A stretch of 64,000 bases of DNA from Squalus acanthias (lineage: Eukaryota), in the NCBI GenBank assembly GCA_030390025.1, contig CM059432.1:31498001-31562000 (forward strand). Direction: 5' to 3'. Below, in pieces: positions 11,952-22,619 of the stretch (the stretch's first letter is position 1; each line of letters begins with the position of its first letter). The position numbers and the translations under genes are program-made. Below the pieces are notes generated by a model. That model saw nothing but the letters and a program-made list of their open reading frames with translations. It did not search any database and had not been told where the DNA came from.

Positions 11952-14900
11952 GGGATGGTAGCTTAGTGGTTATATTACTAGACTAATAATCCAGACTAAT
12001 GGACTAATGATCTGGGGACATGAGTTCATAATCCCACCACAGCAGCTGTGGAATTTAAGTTCAGTTAATTAAATAAATCTGGAATAAAAAGCTAGTAACA
12101 GTGACCATGGAAACTACAGGATTGTTGTAAAAACCCATCTGGTTCACTAATATCCTTACCCTGTCTGGCCTATGTGTCTCCAGACCCATAGCAATGTGGT
12201 TCACCCTTAACTGCCTTCTGAAATGGCCCAGCAAGCCACTGAGTTGTATCAAGGTGCTAGGAAAAACAATAAGAATAAAACCGGATGGGCCACCCAACAT
12301 TGGATTCGGACACAGCAAAGTCAACCCTGCAAAGTTCTCCTCACTAACATCTGGGGACTTGTGCCAAAAGTGGGAGAGCTGTTCCACAGACTAGTCAAGC
12401 AACGGCTTGATATAGTCATAATCACAGAATCAGAACTTTCAGCCAATGTCCCAGATCCACATGGGGAGCAGACACTCCAACCCTCTGTACGGCAGCACTC
12501 GCCCTGGTGTACTCTACAGCGGAGTACTGCTCTCTGGCATGGCTATCGAGTCCGCATGTCAAATCTGTTGATGTCCAGCTGAATTCTACTATGAGAATTA
12601 TCACCGGTACGCTTTTATCGACACCAGCACCTTGGCTGCTCAAGGTTGCAAACATCGCACCACCACACCTACGCCGTGAATATGCAGACTCCAGAGAATA
12701 CAACCACTACACCAGCAAAGACATGCCGATCCAGGCCGACTTGAACAACCTACCACCAACCCGTCTCAAATCTAGAAGGCCATTTTGACCGTTTCCGAAG
12801 CCCTTCAGTGATCTCCCCTCAGACTTGATGACCGATGGCGAAATGCTTGGAAGAACTGCAACATACGGAATGGATTCCTTATAGAGGACCCCACAGTACA
12901 ACCTGAAGGATCAAACCTTCCTCGCAAACAGTGGACAACCATCAACCGCCTCAGAACTGGTCATGGTAGATGCTGCCACCTTCACCATAAATGGAAGATT
13001 AAAGCATCCCCATCATGCGACTGCAGAGCTCCTAATCAGACTTTGGATCACATCATTGAGCACTGCCCTCAGAGGAAATTTGCAGGCAGCCTACAAGATA
13101 TCCACGCTGTTACACCGGAAGCTTTGGCCTGGATATCTGACTTAGACATTGACATCTAATTTGCTTTGCTACTACCATACGAAAGAAAGACTATCCCTGG
13201 GTATGTCCTGTCCCACCGGCAGGACAGACCCACCAAAGGTGGCGCCACAGTGGTATAGCCGTAAGGGAGTGGCCCTGGGAGTCCTCAACATTGACTCCGG
13301 GCCCCATGAAGTCTCATGGCATCAGGTCAAATATGGGCATGGAAACCTCCTGCTGATTACCACATACCTCTCAGCTGATGAATCAGTACTCCTCTATGTT
13401 GAACACCACTTGGAGGAAGCACTGAGAGTAGCAAGGGCACAGAATGTACTCTGGGTGGGGGACTTCAATGTCCATCACCAAGTGTGGGTCGGTAGCACCA
13501 CTACTGACCAAGCTGGCCGAATCCTGAAGGACATAACTGCCAGTCTGAGCCTGCAGCAGATGGTGAAGCAACACGAGGGGAAAAAAATACTTGACCTCGT
13601 CCTCACCAATCTACCTGTCGCAGATGCATCTGTTCGTGACAGTATTGGTAGGAGTGACCACCGCAAAGTCCTAGTAGAGACGAAGTCCCGTCTTCACACT
13701 GAGGACACCCTCCATCATGTTGTGTGGCACTACCACCATGCTAAATGGGATAGATTCAGAACAGATCTAGTAGCTCAAAACTGGGCATCCATAAGGTGCT
13801 GTGGGCCATCAGCAGCAGCAGAATTGTATTCCACCACAATCTGTAACCTCATGGCCCGCATATCCCTCACTCTACCATTACCATCAAGCCAGGGGACTAA
13901 CCCTGGTTCAATGAGGATTGTAGAAGAGCATGCCAGGAGCAGCACCAGGTTTACCTAAAAATGAGGTGCCAAGCTGTTGTAGCTACAACACAGGACTACA
14001 TGCATGCTGAACAGCTGAAGCAGCATGCTATCGACAGAGCTAAGCGATCCCACAACCAATGGATCAGATCATCTGCGACATCCAGTCATGAATGGCGGTG
14101 CACAATTAAACCACTAACGTGAACCTTCCCATCCTCAATGATGGCAGAGCCCAAAATGTGAGTGCAAAAGACATGGTTGAAGCATTTGCAACCGTCTTCA
14201 GTCAGAAGTGCCAAGTGGATGATCCATCTCAGCCTCTTCCTGAGGTCCAGTCTTCAGCCAATTTGATTCACTCCACGTAATATCAAGAAACAGCTGAGTG
14301 CACTGGATATAGCAAAGGCTATAGGCGCCGACAGCATTCTCGCTGTAGTGCTGAAGACTTGTGTTCCAGAACTAGCCGTGTCTCTAGCCAAGCTGTTCCA
14401 GTACAGCTATAGCACTGGCATGTACCTGACAAAGTGGAAAATTGCCCAGGTATGTCCTGTCCACAAAAAGCAGGACAAATCCAATCTGACCAATTACTGC
14501 CCGATCATCCTGCTCTCTATCAATATCCTGGGGGTCACCATTGAACAGAAACTTAACTGGATCAGCCACATAAATACTGTGGCTACAAGAGCAAGTCAGA
14601 GGCTGGGTATTCTGCAGTAAGTGACTCACCTCCTGACTCCCAAAACCATTCCACCATCTACAAGGCATAAGTCAGGAGTGTGATGGAATATTCTCCACTT
14701 GCCTGGATGAGTGCAGCTCCAACAACACTCAAGAAGCTCGACACCATCCAAAACAAAGCAGCCCACTTGATTGACACCCCATTCACCACCTTAAACATTA
14801 ATCCCCTCCACCACTGACGCATTGTGTGGTGTGCAGTGTTCAATTCCATTCGCAACTCCTCAGATAATGAAGCAGTCCGTGCCGAAGACCTGGACAACAT

Positions 14901-15348
14901 TCAGGCTTGGGCTAATAAGTGGCAAGTAACATTCATGCTACACAAGTGTCAGCCAGTGTCATTGCCTGGCACTTGTGTAACGCGAATGTTACTTGCCACT
15001 GACCATCAGTGTGTACCGTCTACAAGATGCACTGCAGCAATTCGCCAAGGCTTCTTCGGCAGCACCTTCCAAACCCGTGACCTCTACCACCTAGAAGGAC
15101 AAGGGCAGCAGGCGCATGGGAATACCACCATCTCCAAGTTCCTCTCCAAGTCACACACCAACCTGACTTGGAAATATATCGTTGTTCCTTCATCGTCGCT
15201 GGGTCAAAATCCTGGAACTTCCTCCCTAACAGCACTGTGGGAGTGGTTCAAGAATGTGGTTCACCACCACCTTCTCAAGGGCACTTAGGGATGGTCAATA
15301 AATGCTGGCCTTGCCAGCGCCGCAAATATCCCAGGAACGAATAAAAAA
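11952..15348 (+). mobile_element. CR1-group LINE family B with tRNA-like 5' head and rearranged ORF2 (APE + RT remnants)
   Basis: A-box-like ggtagcttagtggt and B-box-like gagttcataatcc, then LLTNIWGL...DIVIITES, VGDFNVHH, LDLVLTN, SDH (APE). RT core is deleted near 14518; family tail at 15290-15348. Confidence 0.88.
12456..13190 (+). mobile_element. Vingi/Ingi-clade LINE 3' fragment nested in LINE-B
   Basis: TWGADTPTLCTAALALVYSTAEYC...VDVQLNSTMRIITG...NIAPPHLRR, a CDC...H...C zinc knuckle near 13016-13068, and a (gaaa)n tail. Host LINE sequence resumes after 13190. Confidence 0.75.
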
Positions 15349-16649
15349 TTGATTGACTTGTGCTATTATGGATTGATGGTTCAAATCCTTTTTTAATTAT
15401 TTTTCGGAAAGCTAATGATAAATAATACAGATTTAAGGGTAGATTCTACATATGTGTGTTCCTGGTGGGGTGCACTGACCCTTCATGCCCCAGATTCCCA
15501 TTATAAGCTCCCCACTGGTGAAGCTCTGCAATGGGAGACTGAACTCGTAATATCTCCCTTATACTGCATCATTACAGGGATTCAGGTAATTAATCATGGG
15601 GTACACGGATTGCAGTCAGGTGTATCAGTTATACTAGGGCGTCATTTCTTTCTCGGAGTGACTATTGACAACACGGCCGACCTGCATCATCGGGGACGTC
15701 ACATTGACCATCGGTAACATCATAATGACCAGGGATCAAACCTATTCCTGGATGGTTCAGGGTCTCACTGGACAAATGAATCATGGACGGAGCTGCTATC
15801 AGTATCATTTGGCATTAATTTTGATTTGAAAAAACAAAATTCAGTGTATTTATTCAGAACAGTGGTTCTCACGTCAGCGTAGTGAGATTGAGAGTGAAAT
15901 AACAGAGGGTGTGACACCATCAGAAATGGTTGTGACACCATCAGAATGTACCAATGATCTAAGAGGGAGCCCCAGGGCTGGCGGTGCAATGTTTTTTCAG
16001 CTGTGGTGTAATTTCTGCAACTGTGCTTGAGTTAGAATCAAATCAGGAGCACAGGGTAAATGGAGTTGAGGTACAGGTCAGCCATGATTGAATTGAATGA
16101 TAGAACAGGGTGGAGGAGCTGAATGGACACCTCCTGTTCCTGCGTCCAGTGGCTGTAAAGGACCTTTCAGGTTATCTGGAGCCTCTAAATTACTGTTGCC
16201 TATTTTTCTGTCATTCCTCTGTCTGCTATTTTAGCAGAACCATTTAAGATATACTTGATACTGCCTGCTTTAAATCAACAGCCAGAGGAATGTGTTAACC
16301 CTTAGTCTGCTGGTATCACTGACTGTCATTTCCAGGCTACTGCCTCTGCTATCCCCTCTTTAGACAAAGATCTATCCATCTCCCTCTTGAATCTGCTGAC
16401 AATCTCCACCTCCAGTGTCTCGCTGGGCAGTTCCCACCCTCAGAGTGAGGTCATTGAATCTAAATTATCTCTTCACCCGTTCTTCTGATCTTGAGCCTCC
16501 TGGTTGCAGAGTTTGTGATTCTGTCAATCAATGTATTAAGTCTCAGTTTATCTCTAACCCTTCGATAAAGTCTCCCCCAAGCCGCCTTTACTCCAATGTA
16601 AACATTCTGAACTTCCTGAACCTCTCCTTGTAGCCCAAGTGCATTAAAA

Positions 16650-16936
16650 AGAAAGAGCTTAAATTTACGTAGCACTTTTCACATCCTCTGGACATGCTAA
16701 AGCTCTTCACCGCCAATGAATTACTTTTGAAGTACTGTCACTGTTTGTCTAGGCCAACACAGTGTCCAATTTGCACACAGCAAGGTCCTAGAAATCGCAA
16801 ACGAGATGTTTTGGTTGAGGAATGACTGTTGGCCAGGATACTGTGAGAACTCTCCTTCGAATAGTGCCATGGGATTTTTATGCCCACCTGAGAGGGCAGA
16901 TGGGTCTTCAGTCTAAAGTTTCATCCGAAGGATGAA
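16650..16936 (-). mobile_element. Deu-domain SINE (SacSINE1/AmnSINE1-like), truncated by the adjacent V-SINE
   Basis: Matches the complete copy at 47540-47999. Confidence 0.75.
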
Positions 16937-17242
16937 CACGGTGGCATAGTGGTTAGCACTGTTGCCTCACAGCGCCAGGGACCCGGGTTCAAATCCGGCC
17001 TCGGTTGACTGTCTGTGTGGAGTTTGCACATTCTCCCCGTGTCTGCATGGGTTTCCTCCGGGTGCTCCGGTTTCCTCCCACAGTCCAAAGATGTGCGGGT
17101 TAGGTTGATTTGGCTATGATAAATTGACCCTTATTGTTAGGGGGATTAAATACGTGATGTTACGGGGATAGGGTGGGATATGTGTCGGTGCAGGCTCGAT
17201 GGGCCGAAATGGCCTCTATCTGCACTGTGGGGATTCTGTGAT
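16937..17242 (+). mobile_element. V-SINE (HE1-like), full length
   Basis: tRNA head (gtggcatagtggttagc...gggttcaaatcc), V domain gtgtggagtttgcacattctccccgtgtctgc...cctcccacagtccaaaga, and a CR1-type tail. Confidence 0.9.
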
Positions 17243-17812
17243 AGCCCCTTCGTGGAGCTTTCCATTCGGCAGTCCCAGCTTCCTCTGAGAAGAGGAGCCT
17301 CTGCCTCTACTAACTGTCGGCCAAAGTATGGTACGTGCACATCTGTCTGCAGCTGGGTACAGGGCACCTCTCGTAGCGCCAGCTGTGCCTGGCATCTCTC
17401 GGCTGGCCTTCCAACAGCTCAGACGGGGGTCCCCACTGGTGGAATGGCCGAGATACGCTGAGCTTCAAATTACTGTGACCTTTAAGCGAACTCCCTTATA
17501 ATTACTGCTGCCTAGCAATCCTGGAAATGCCACTGACGCGGGCTTCGTTAAGAACATCTGGAGATGGTGTGCAGGATGTCCCCTCCCCCAAATTAATATT
17601 TAAATGAAGCGTTGTGTGTTTCAGGGGAACCCATTCCCGTTTTCCCCTGCCCGCCCCAGGAATGTGTGCGATTCAGTAGGCGGGCGTGTATCGGAATCTC
17701 CACCCACTTTTCCGATCAGTCTGGCTTGATTTCGGGCTTTAAATTGGGAAAACCAAATAAAGTGTAAAAATGAAACATTTATGAGGGGATTCGCCAGAGC
17801 TTGCCTTAGAAC

Positions 17813-18662
17813 CACAACAACAACTTGTATTTATATAGCGCCTTTAACGTAGTAAAACATCCCAAGGCACTTCACAGGAGTAATATAAGACAAAAATTTG
17901 ACACCGAGCCACATAAGGAGAAATTAGGGCAGATGCTTGGTCAAAGAGGTAGGTTTTAAGGAGCGTCTTAAAGGAGAAGAGAGAGGTAGAGGGACAGAGA
18001 GGTTTAGGCAGGGAATTCCAGAGCTTAGGGCCTAGGCAACTGAAGGCATGGCCACCAATGGTGGAGCGATTATAATCAGGGATGCTGAAGAGGGCAGAGT
18101 TAGAGGAGCGCGGATATCGGGGGGTTGTGGGGCTGGAGGAGATTAGAGATAGGGAGGGGCGAGGCCACGGAGAGATTTGAAAACAAGGATGAGAATTTTG
18201 AAATCGAGGCATTGCTTAACCGGGAGCCAATGTAGGTCAGCGAGCACAGGGGTGATGGGTGAACGGGACTTGGTACGAGTTAGGACACGGACAGCCGAGT
18301 TTTGGATGACCTCAAGTTTAGGTAGGGTAGAACGTGGGAGGCCAGCCAGGAGTGCGTTGGAATAGTCAACTCTAGAGGTAACAAAGGCATGGATGAGGGT
18401 TTCAGCAGCAGATGTGATGAGGCAGGGGCGGAGACGGGCGATGTTACGGAGGTGGAAATAGGCAGTCTTAGTTATGCCTATTGCTGCAGTGTATACCATC
18501 TACAAGATGTGTGGTCGGAAGCTCATTTCAGGGTCAAATATGACACCAAGGTGAGAGGGAAGGAGTCAGTGACTAGGGGACGGAGATTGTGGCGGGGACC
18601 GAAATCAATGGCTTCGGTCTTCCCAATATTTAATTGGAGTAAATTTCTGCTCATCCAGTACT
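17813..18662 (-). mobile_element. L2 LINE 3' portion
   Basis: Reverse complement of ~7200-8063; KTAYFHLRNIARLRP...LHWLPV. Confidence 0.9.
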
Positions 18663-18779
18663 GAAAAATGAATAATGTACATCACGAACATACCCGCTCA
18701 TGAAATTGCTCCTACCCAGCTGCCACTGTCCTATGTGAAGTGTCTCAGGACATTGTATTATGTTCAAGGTGTTATATAA

Positions 18780-19330
18780 GCCTTTCCACCATCTACAAGG
18801 CACAAGCCAGGAGTGTGGTGGAATACTCTCCACTTGCGTGGATGAGTGCAGCCCCAGCACTCAAGAAGCTCGACACCATCCAGGACAAACCAGTCTGCTT
18901 GATTGGCACCCTGTCCACCACCTTAAACATTCACTCCCTCCACCACCAGCGCACTGTGGCTGCAGTGTGTACCATCTACAAGATGCACTGCAGAAACTCA
19001 CCAAGGCTTCTTCGGTAGCACCTCCAAAACCCACGACCTCTTCCACCTAAAAGGACAAGGGCAGCAGGCGCATGAGAACACCATTACCTGCAAGTTCCCC
19101 TCCAAGTTACACATCATCCTGACTTAGAAGTATATCGCCATTCCTTCATCATCGCTGGGTCAAAATCCTGGAACTCCCTACCTAACAGCACTGTGGGAGT
19201 ACCTTCACCACACGGACTGTAGCGGTTCAAGACGGCAGCTCACCACCACCTTCTCAAGGGCAATTAGAGAAGAGCAATAAATGCTGGCCTTGCCAGCGAC
19301 AACCACATCCCAGGAATTAATTTAAAAAAA
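18780..19330 (+). mobile_element. LINE family B 3' fragment
   Basis: EYSPLAWMSAAP...LHHQRTVAA plus the family tail. Confidence 0.88.
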
Positions 19331-20387
19331 TATAAGGCTGCATATAGTGACACCACTCTTCCCAGCCAGAATGGAAATGATTGCGCCATGCCACCGTCAA
19401 TCACACCTGGACTGGGTCTGATTTTGCGCACATAATTTGTATGTAACTATCCTGCACTCACTGTGTTTTGCTGGTGACTTTGCTGTAGTTTTGTCACAAG
19501 TTCTGTTTGATGTAGTTGTAGAGACTTCATTTAAATAGACTCTGATGCTGAGTAAATAGACATTGCTATAAAATAGACTGTTTGCTGTGAGTCCGGCCAT
19601 AAGTCCCGCTCCACCTGCAACTCATTGGCTGACACAGTGGTGTCAGTAGACACAGTGGTTATACTACTGGTTGTTGTTTTGGGAAGGGTAGCTGAATCAT
19701 AGAATCATACAACACAGAAGGAGGCCATTCAGCCCAGCATGCCTGTGCTGGGTCAGCTATCCAATTAGTCCCACTCCCCTGCTGTCTCCACATAGCCCTG
19801 CAAATCTTTCCTTTCTCTCTCTTTACTAGCTCCTAACATGACTCAACACTATTTTTATTCTGCAGTTCGACTGCCTAGTGATTAATTCAGGTGTTATCTG
19901 ATTCAGAGCAAGCACTGCCTTTTACTAAATCATTTATAGCCGGACAAGTGATGCAGTTAAGGACAAGACTGTTGAATAAAGTAAACTCGTACTGTTTGAA
20001 AGGAATGCAAGTCTTGAGTGTGTTCTCCTGAGGCATAGAGGCCTAGAAATCCGCAGTCTTACTGCTAGCTGTTAAGGCCCGTTTTGGGGAAAGAAATGGC
20101 GGCTGCCTCACTTTCACCAGCTGCCGACGGTTCAGCGGCAGCCGCCATTTTTGGCTGCCAATGTCCACGCTCACTATTGTTATGGAGATTATGCAGATCG
20201 TGACGTCAGTGAGTGTGCAACGCTCACCTGACGCCCAATCTGCCATTTTGGAATGTGCCGCTCAACTTATCGGCCTGTGTTCATTGCGACCAGCTGACCA
20301 AGCGTTGACAAGCAGGAAGGAGGCTCCAGCAGCGGTATTTAAAGGGATCATCAGCAAACTTGCAACGTAAATGCTTCTTCAGTTTAC

Positions 20388-20498
20388 AAAAGCAAAATAC
20401 TGCGGATGCTGGAAATCTAAAACAACAACAGAAAATGCTGGGACCGCTCAGCAGGTCAGGCAGCATCGTGGAGAGAAACAGTGTTAATGCTTCAGGTC
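20388..20498 (-). mobile_element. Penelope-like element terminal fragment inside Harbinger 2
   Basis: Reverse complement of the Penelope ends at 43579-43681 and 54230-54344. Confidence 0.8.
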
Positions 20499-20589
20499 AG
20501 GTTGTTTCTTCAGTTTGACTGGCTCTCTGCAACTTTCTGTAACTCAAGCAGCTTTCGAACCTTCTTTCAAGGTCTTAAGTTGACAGGGA

Positions 20590-21705
20590 GTGTTGGGGCA
20601 TGTGGAGAACGCCTTCATTCTTATTGAAAGGCTTCTGCTCACAACGCTTGCTCACAGTCCCGGGGCTCTACCGGCAGTCCCCCTCCCGCTCAAGTATCTT
20701 AGGGAGAGGGAGCGGAGACAGCAAAGAAGAGAAGATGTGCACAGAGGGAGGAGGAGGAGGAGGGCCAAGAGGGCTCCCAACAAGAGGCCTTATCCCCCTA
20801 CGGTCTTCAGAGAACACTTCTCTTATATCCATTTAAGCGAGGAGCAGTGTATTGGGAGGCTCTGCTTCACCAAGGAGGAGGTCACAGAACTCTGCCACCT
20901 CCTGCAGCCTCAGAGCAGGGTGACCACGGCTCTCCCAGTGGCCCTCAAGGTCACCGTGGCCCTCAATTTCTTTGCCAGCGGATCCTTCCAGTCTGCAGCA
21001 GGAGACATAGCTAACATCTCCCAGTTCGCCATCCAACACTGCATCCGGGAGGTCACAGAGGCTCTCTCCACCAGGAGAAGGTACTACTTTGTCTTCTCTC
21101 TGAACAGAGAGAAGCAGGACGAGCATGCATGTGGCTTTGCCAGGATAGCGGGGCTTCCCCATGGTGCAGGGCGCCATCGACTGCACACAAGTTGCTTTGC
21201 GGACGCCGCAGAACAATCCTGAGCTCTTCCGTTACCCCAAAGACTACCACTCACTTAATGGGCAGTTGTTGTGTGACTATGCCCAGCGCATCCTGATGGT
21301 CAATGCCCGCTATCCTGGCAGCAGTCATGATGCCTTCATCCCGCATCAGTCGGTGGCATTTGACGTGGTGCCAGCAATCCTCCAGACACCACCTCAAACC
21401 CAAGGGTTGCTGCTCAGAGACAAGGGCTATCCGCTCTCCACCTGGCTGATGACTCTCCTCCGCAACCCCAACACTCGTGCCCAGCACTCATATGCTGCTG
21501 CCACCAGGAACATCATCGAGCAGAGCATTGGGTTGCTGAAGCAACGGTTCTGCTGCCTTGACCGCTCAAGAGGAGCCCTCCAGTACTTGGCGGAGCAGGC
21601 GTCCCATTTCGTGGTGGTCTGCTGCATGCTTCACAACTTGGCAATCATGAGGGCGCAGCCCTTGCCAGCAGGGATTGCGGCACCACCTCAGGAAGAGGAC
21701 GAGGG

Positions 21706-21736
<31 letters not shown>

Positions 21737-21841
21737 CAGGAGGAAGAGGAGGAGAACGAGGAGGAAGGGAGGAGGCAGGCAGCAAATCTCCCTTCCGCAC
21801 TGGTTGTCCGTGAACGCCTCATCAGCCTCCGATTCCAGTGA
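20590..21841 (+). pseudogene. Harbinger (HARBI1-like) DDE transposase, near complete, one frameshift near 21150
   Basis: ORFs 20590-21222 and 21161-21841 join at IAG|FPMVQGAIDCT; contains PGSSHDA, LRDKGY, NIIEQSIGLLKQRF, CCMLHN and an acidic poly-Glu tail. Confidence 0.92.
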
Positions 21842-21975
21842 ATGAATCCCCAGATCCCCGTTGCTCACCACATCCCCATCATACCATCCCTCTGTTACAG
21901 AATATCACAGTGTCCTCCTGGGCACAAAGCTGAAATGAGAGCCACCACAAAACAAACATTCTAAACAAAATGTAT

Positions 21976-22530
21976 GGCCTAGAAATTGGATATAGTCATG
22001 AAACGGGCAGAGTTAAGGCCAAACGATGTTAAGTTGCGCCACCTCAAATGAGCAAAATTCGTGCTTACTCTTCATTAATGTGATTATAGTTATGATATCA
22101 GTGCTAAAACTGCTGCTTATTGGCTTAACGCTCAACAGGTGGACCAATATCGGGGCTTGTCTAATTACCAGTCATGTGTGCCACAGGCTTTTTCCACTAC
22201 TTAAAGGGGAGGTGCATTGCTGCTACAGCACCTCATTGTCAGGGCAGTTGCAATTGGAGCTTTCCCAATAAGCATGAGCAGATCGAAAGCAATAGCAGAT
22301 CATCATAACAGGGAGAAAGCCAGGAGGATCTCCAACGAAGCTCTGGAGGCACTCATTGTGGCCGTGGAGAGGAGGCGGGCTGTACTCTACCCCCAAAGTG
22401 ACAGGAAACCCTCGCCGTACACCTCCGGTAGCGTGTGGCAGGAGATATAAACAGCGCGTACTGTGGTGCCAAGGTCGCCATCCAGTGCAGGAAGAAGTTT
22501 AATGACCTCACACGGGTGGTCAAGGTGAGT
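21976..22530 (+). mobile_element. Inverted copy of a Harbinger Myb-side end (TIR, promoter region, Myb exon 1 up to its splice donor)
   Basis: ggcctagaaattggatat matches the right TIR at 17/18. Encodes REKARRISNEALEALIVAVERRRAVLYP...IQCRKKFNDLTRVVK|gtgagt; diverged homologue of 24805-24260. Confidence 0.85.
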
Positions 22531-22619
22531 GAAGCTGAAATGAGAGACACTAGAAAAGATCCCAAACAAAATTAATAAATTTATCAAAAATCAGTGAACA
22601 CGTATTTACAGGAAAAATA

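Noticed and set aside
16937..17010. tRNA genes (also ~11955-12040, 47925-47999, 62060-62146)
   Set aside because: All continue into SINE or LINE bodies; they are tRNA-derived heads.
20590..21841. Host HARBI1 gene
   Set aside because: It lies between TIRs with a Myb partner, has a paralogous decayed copy at 1-1470 and is frameshifted, so it is a transposon copy.
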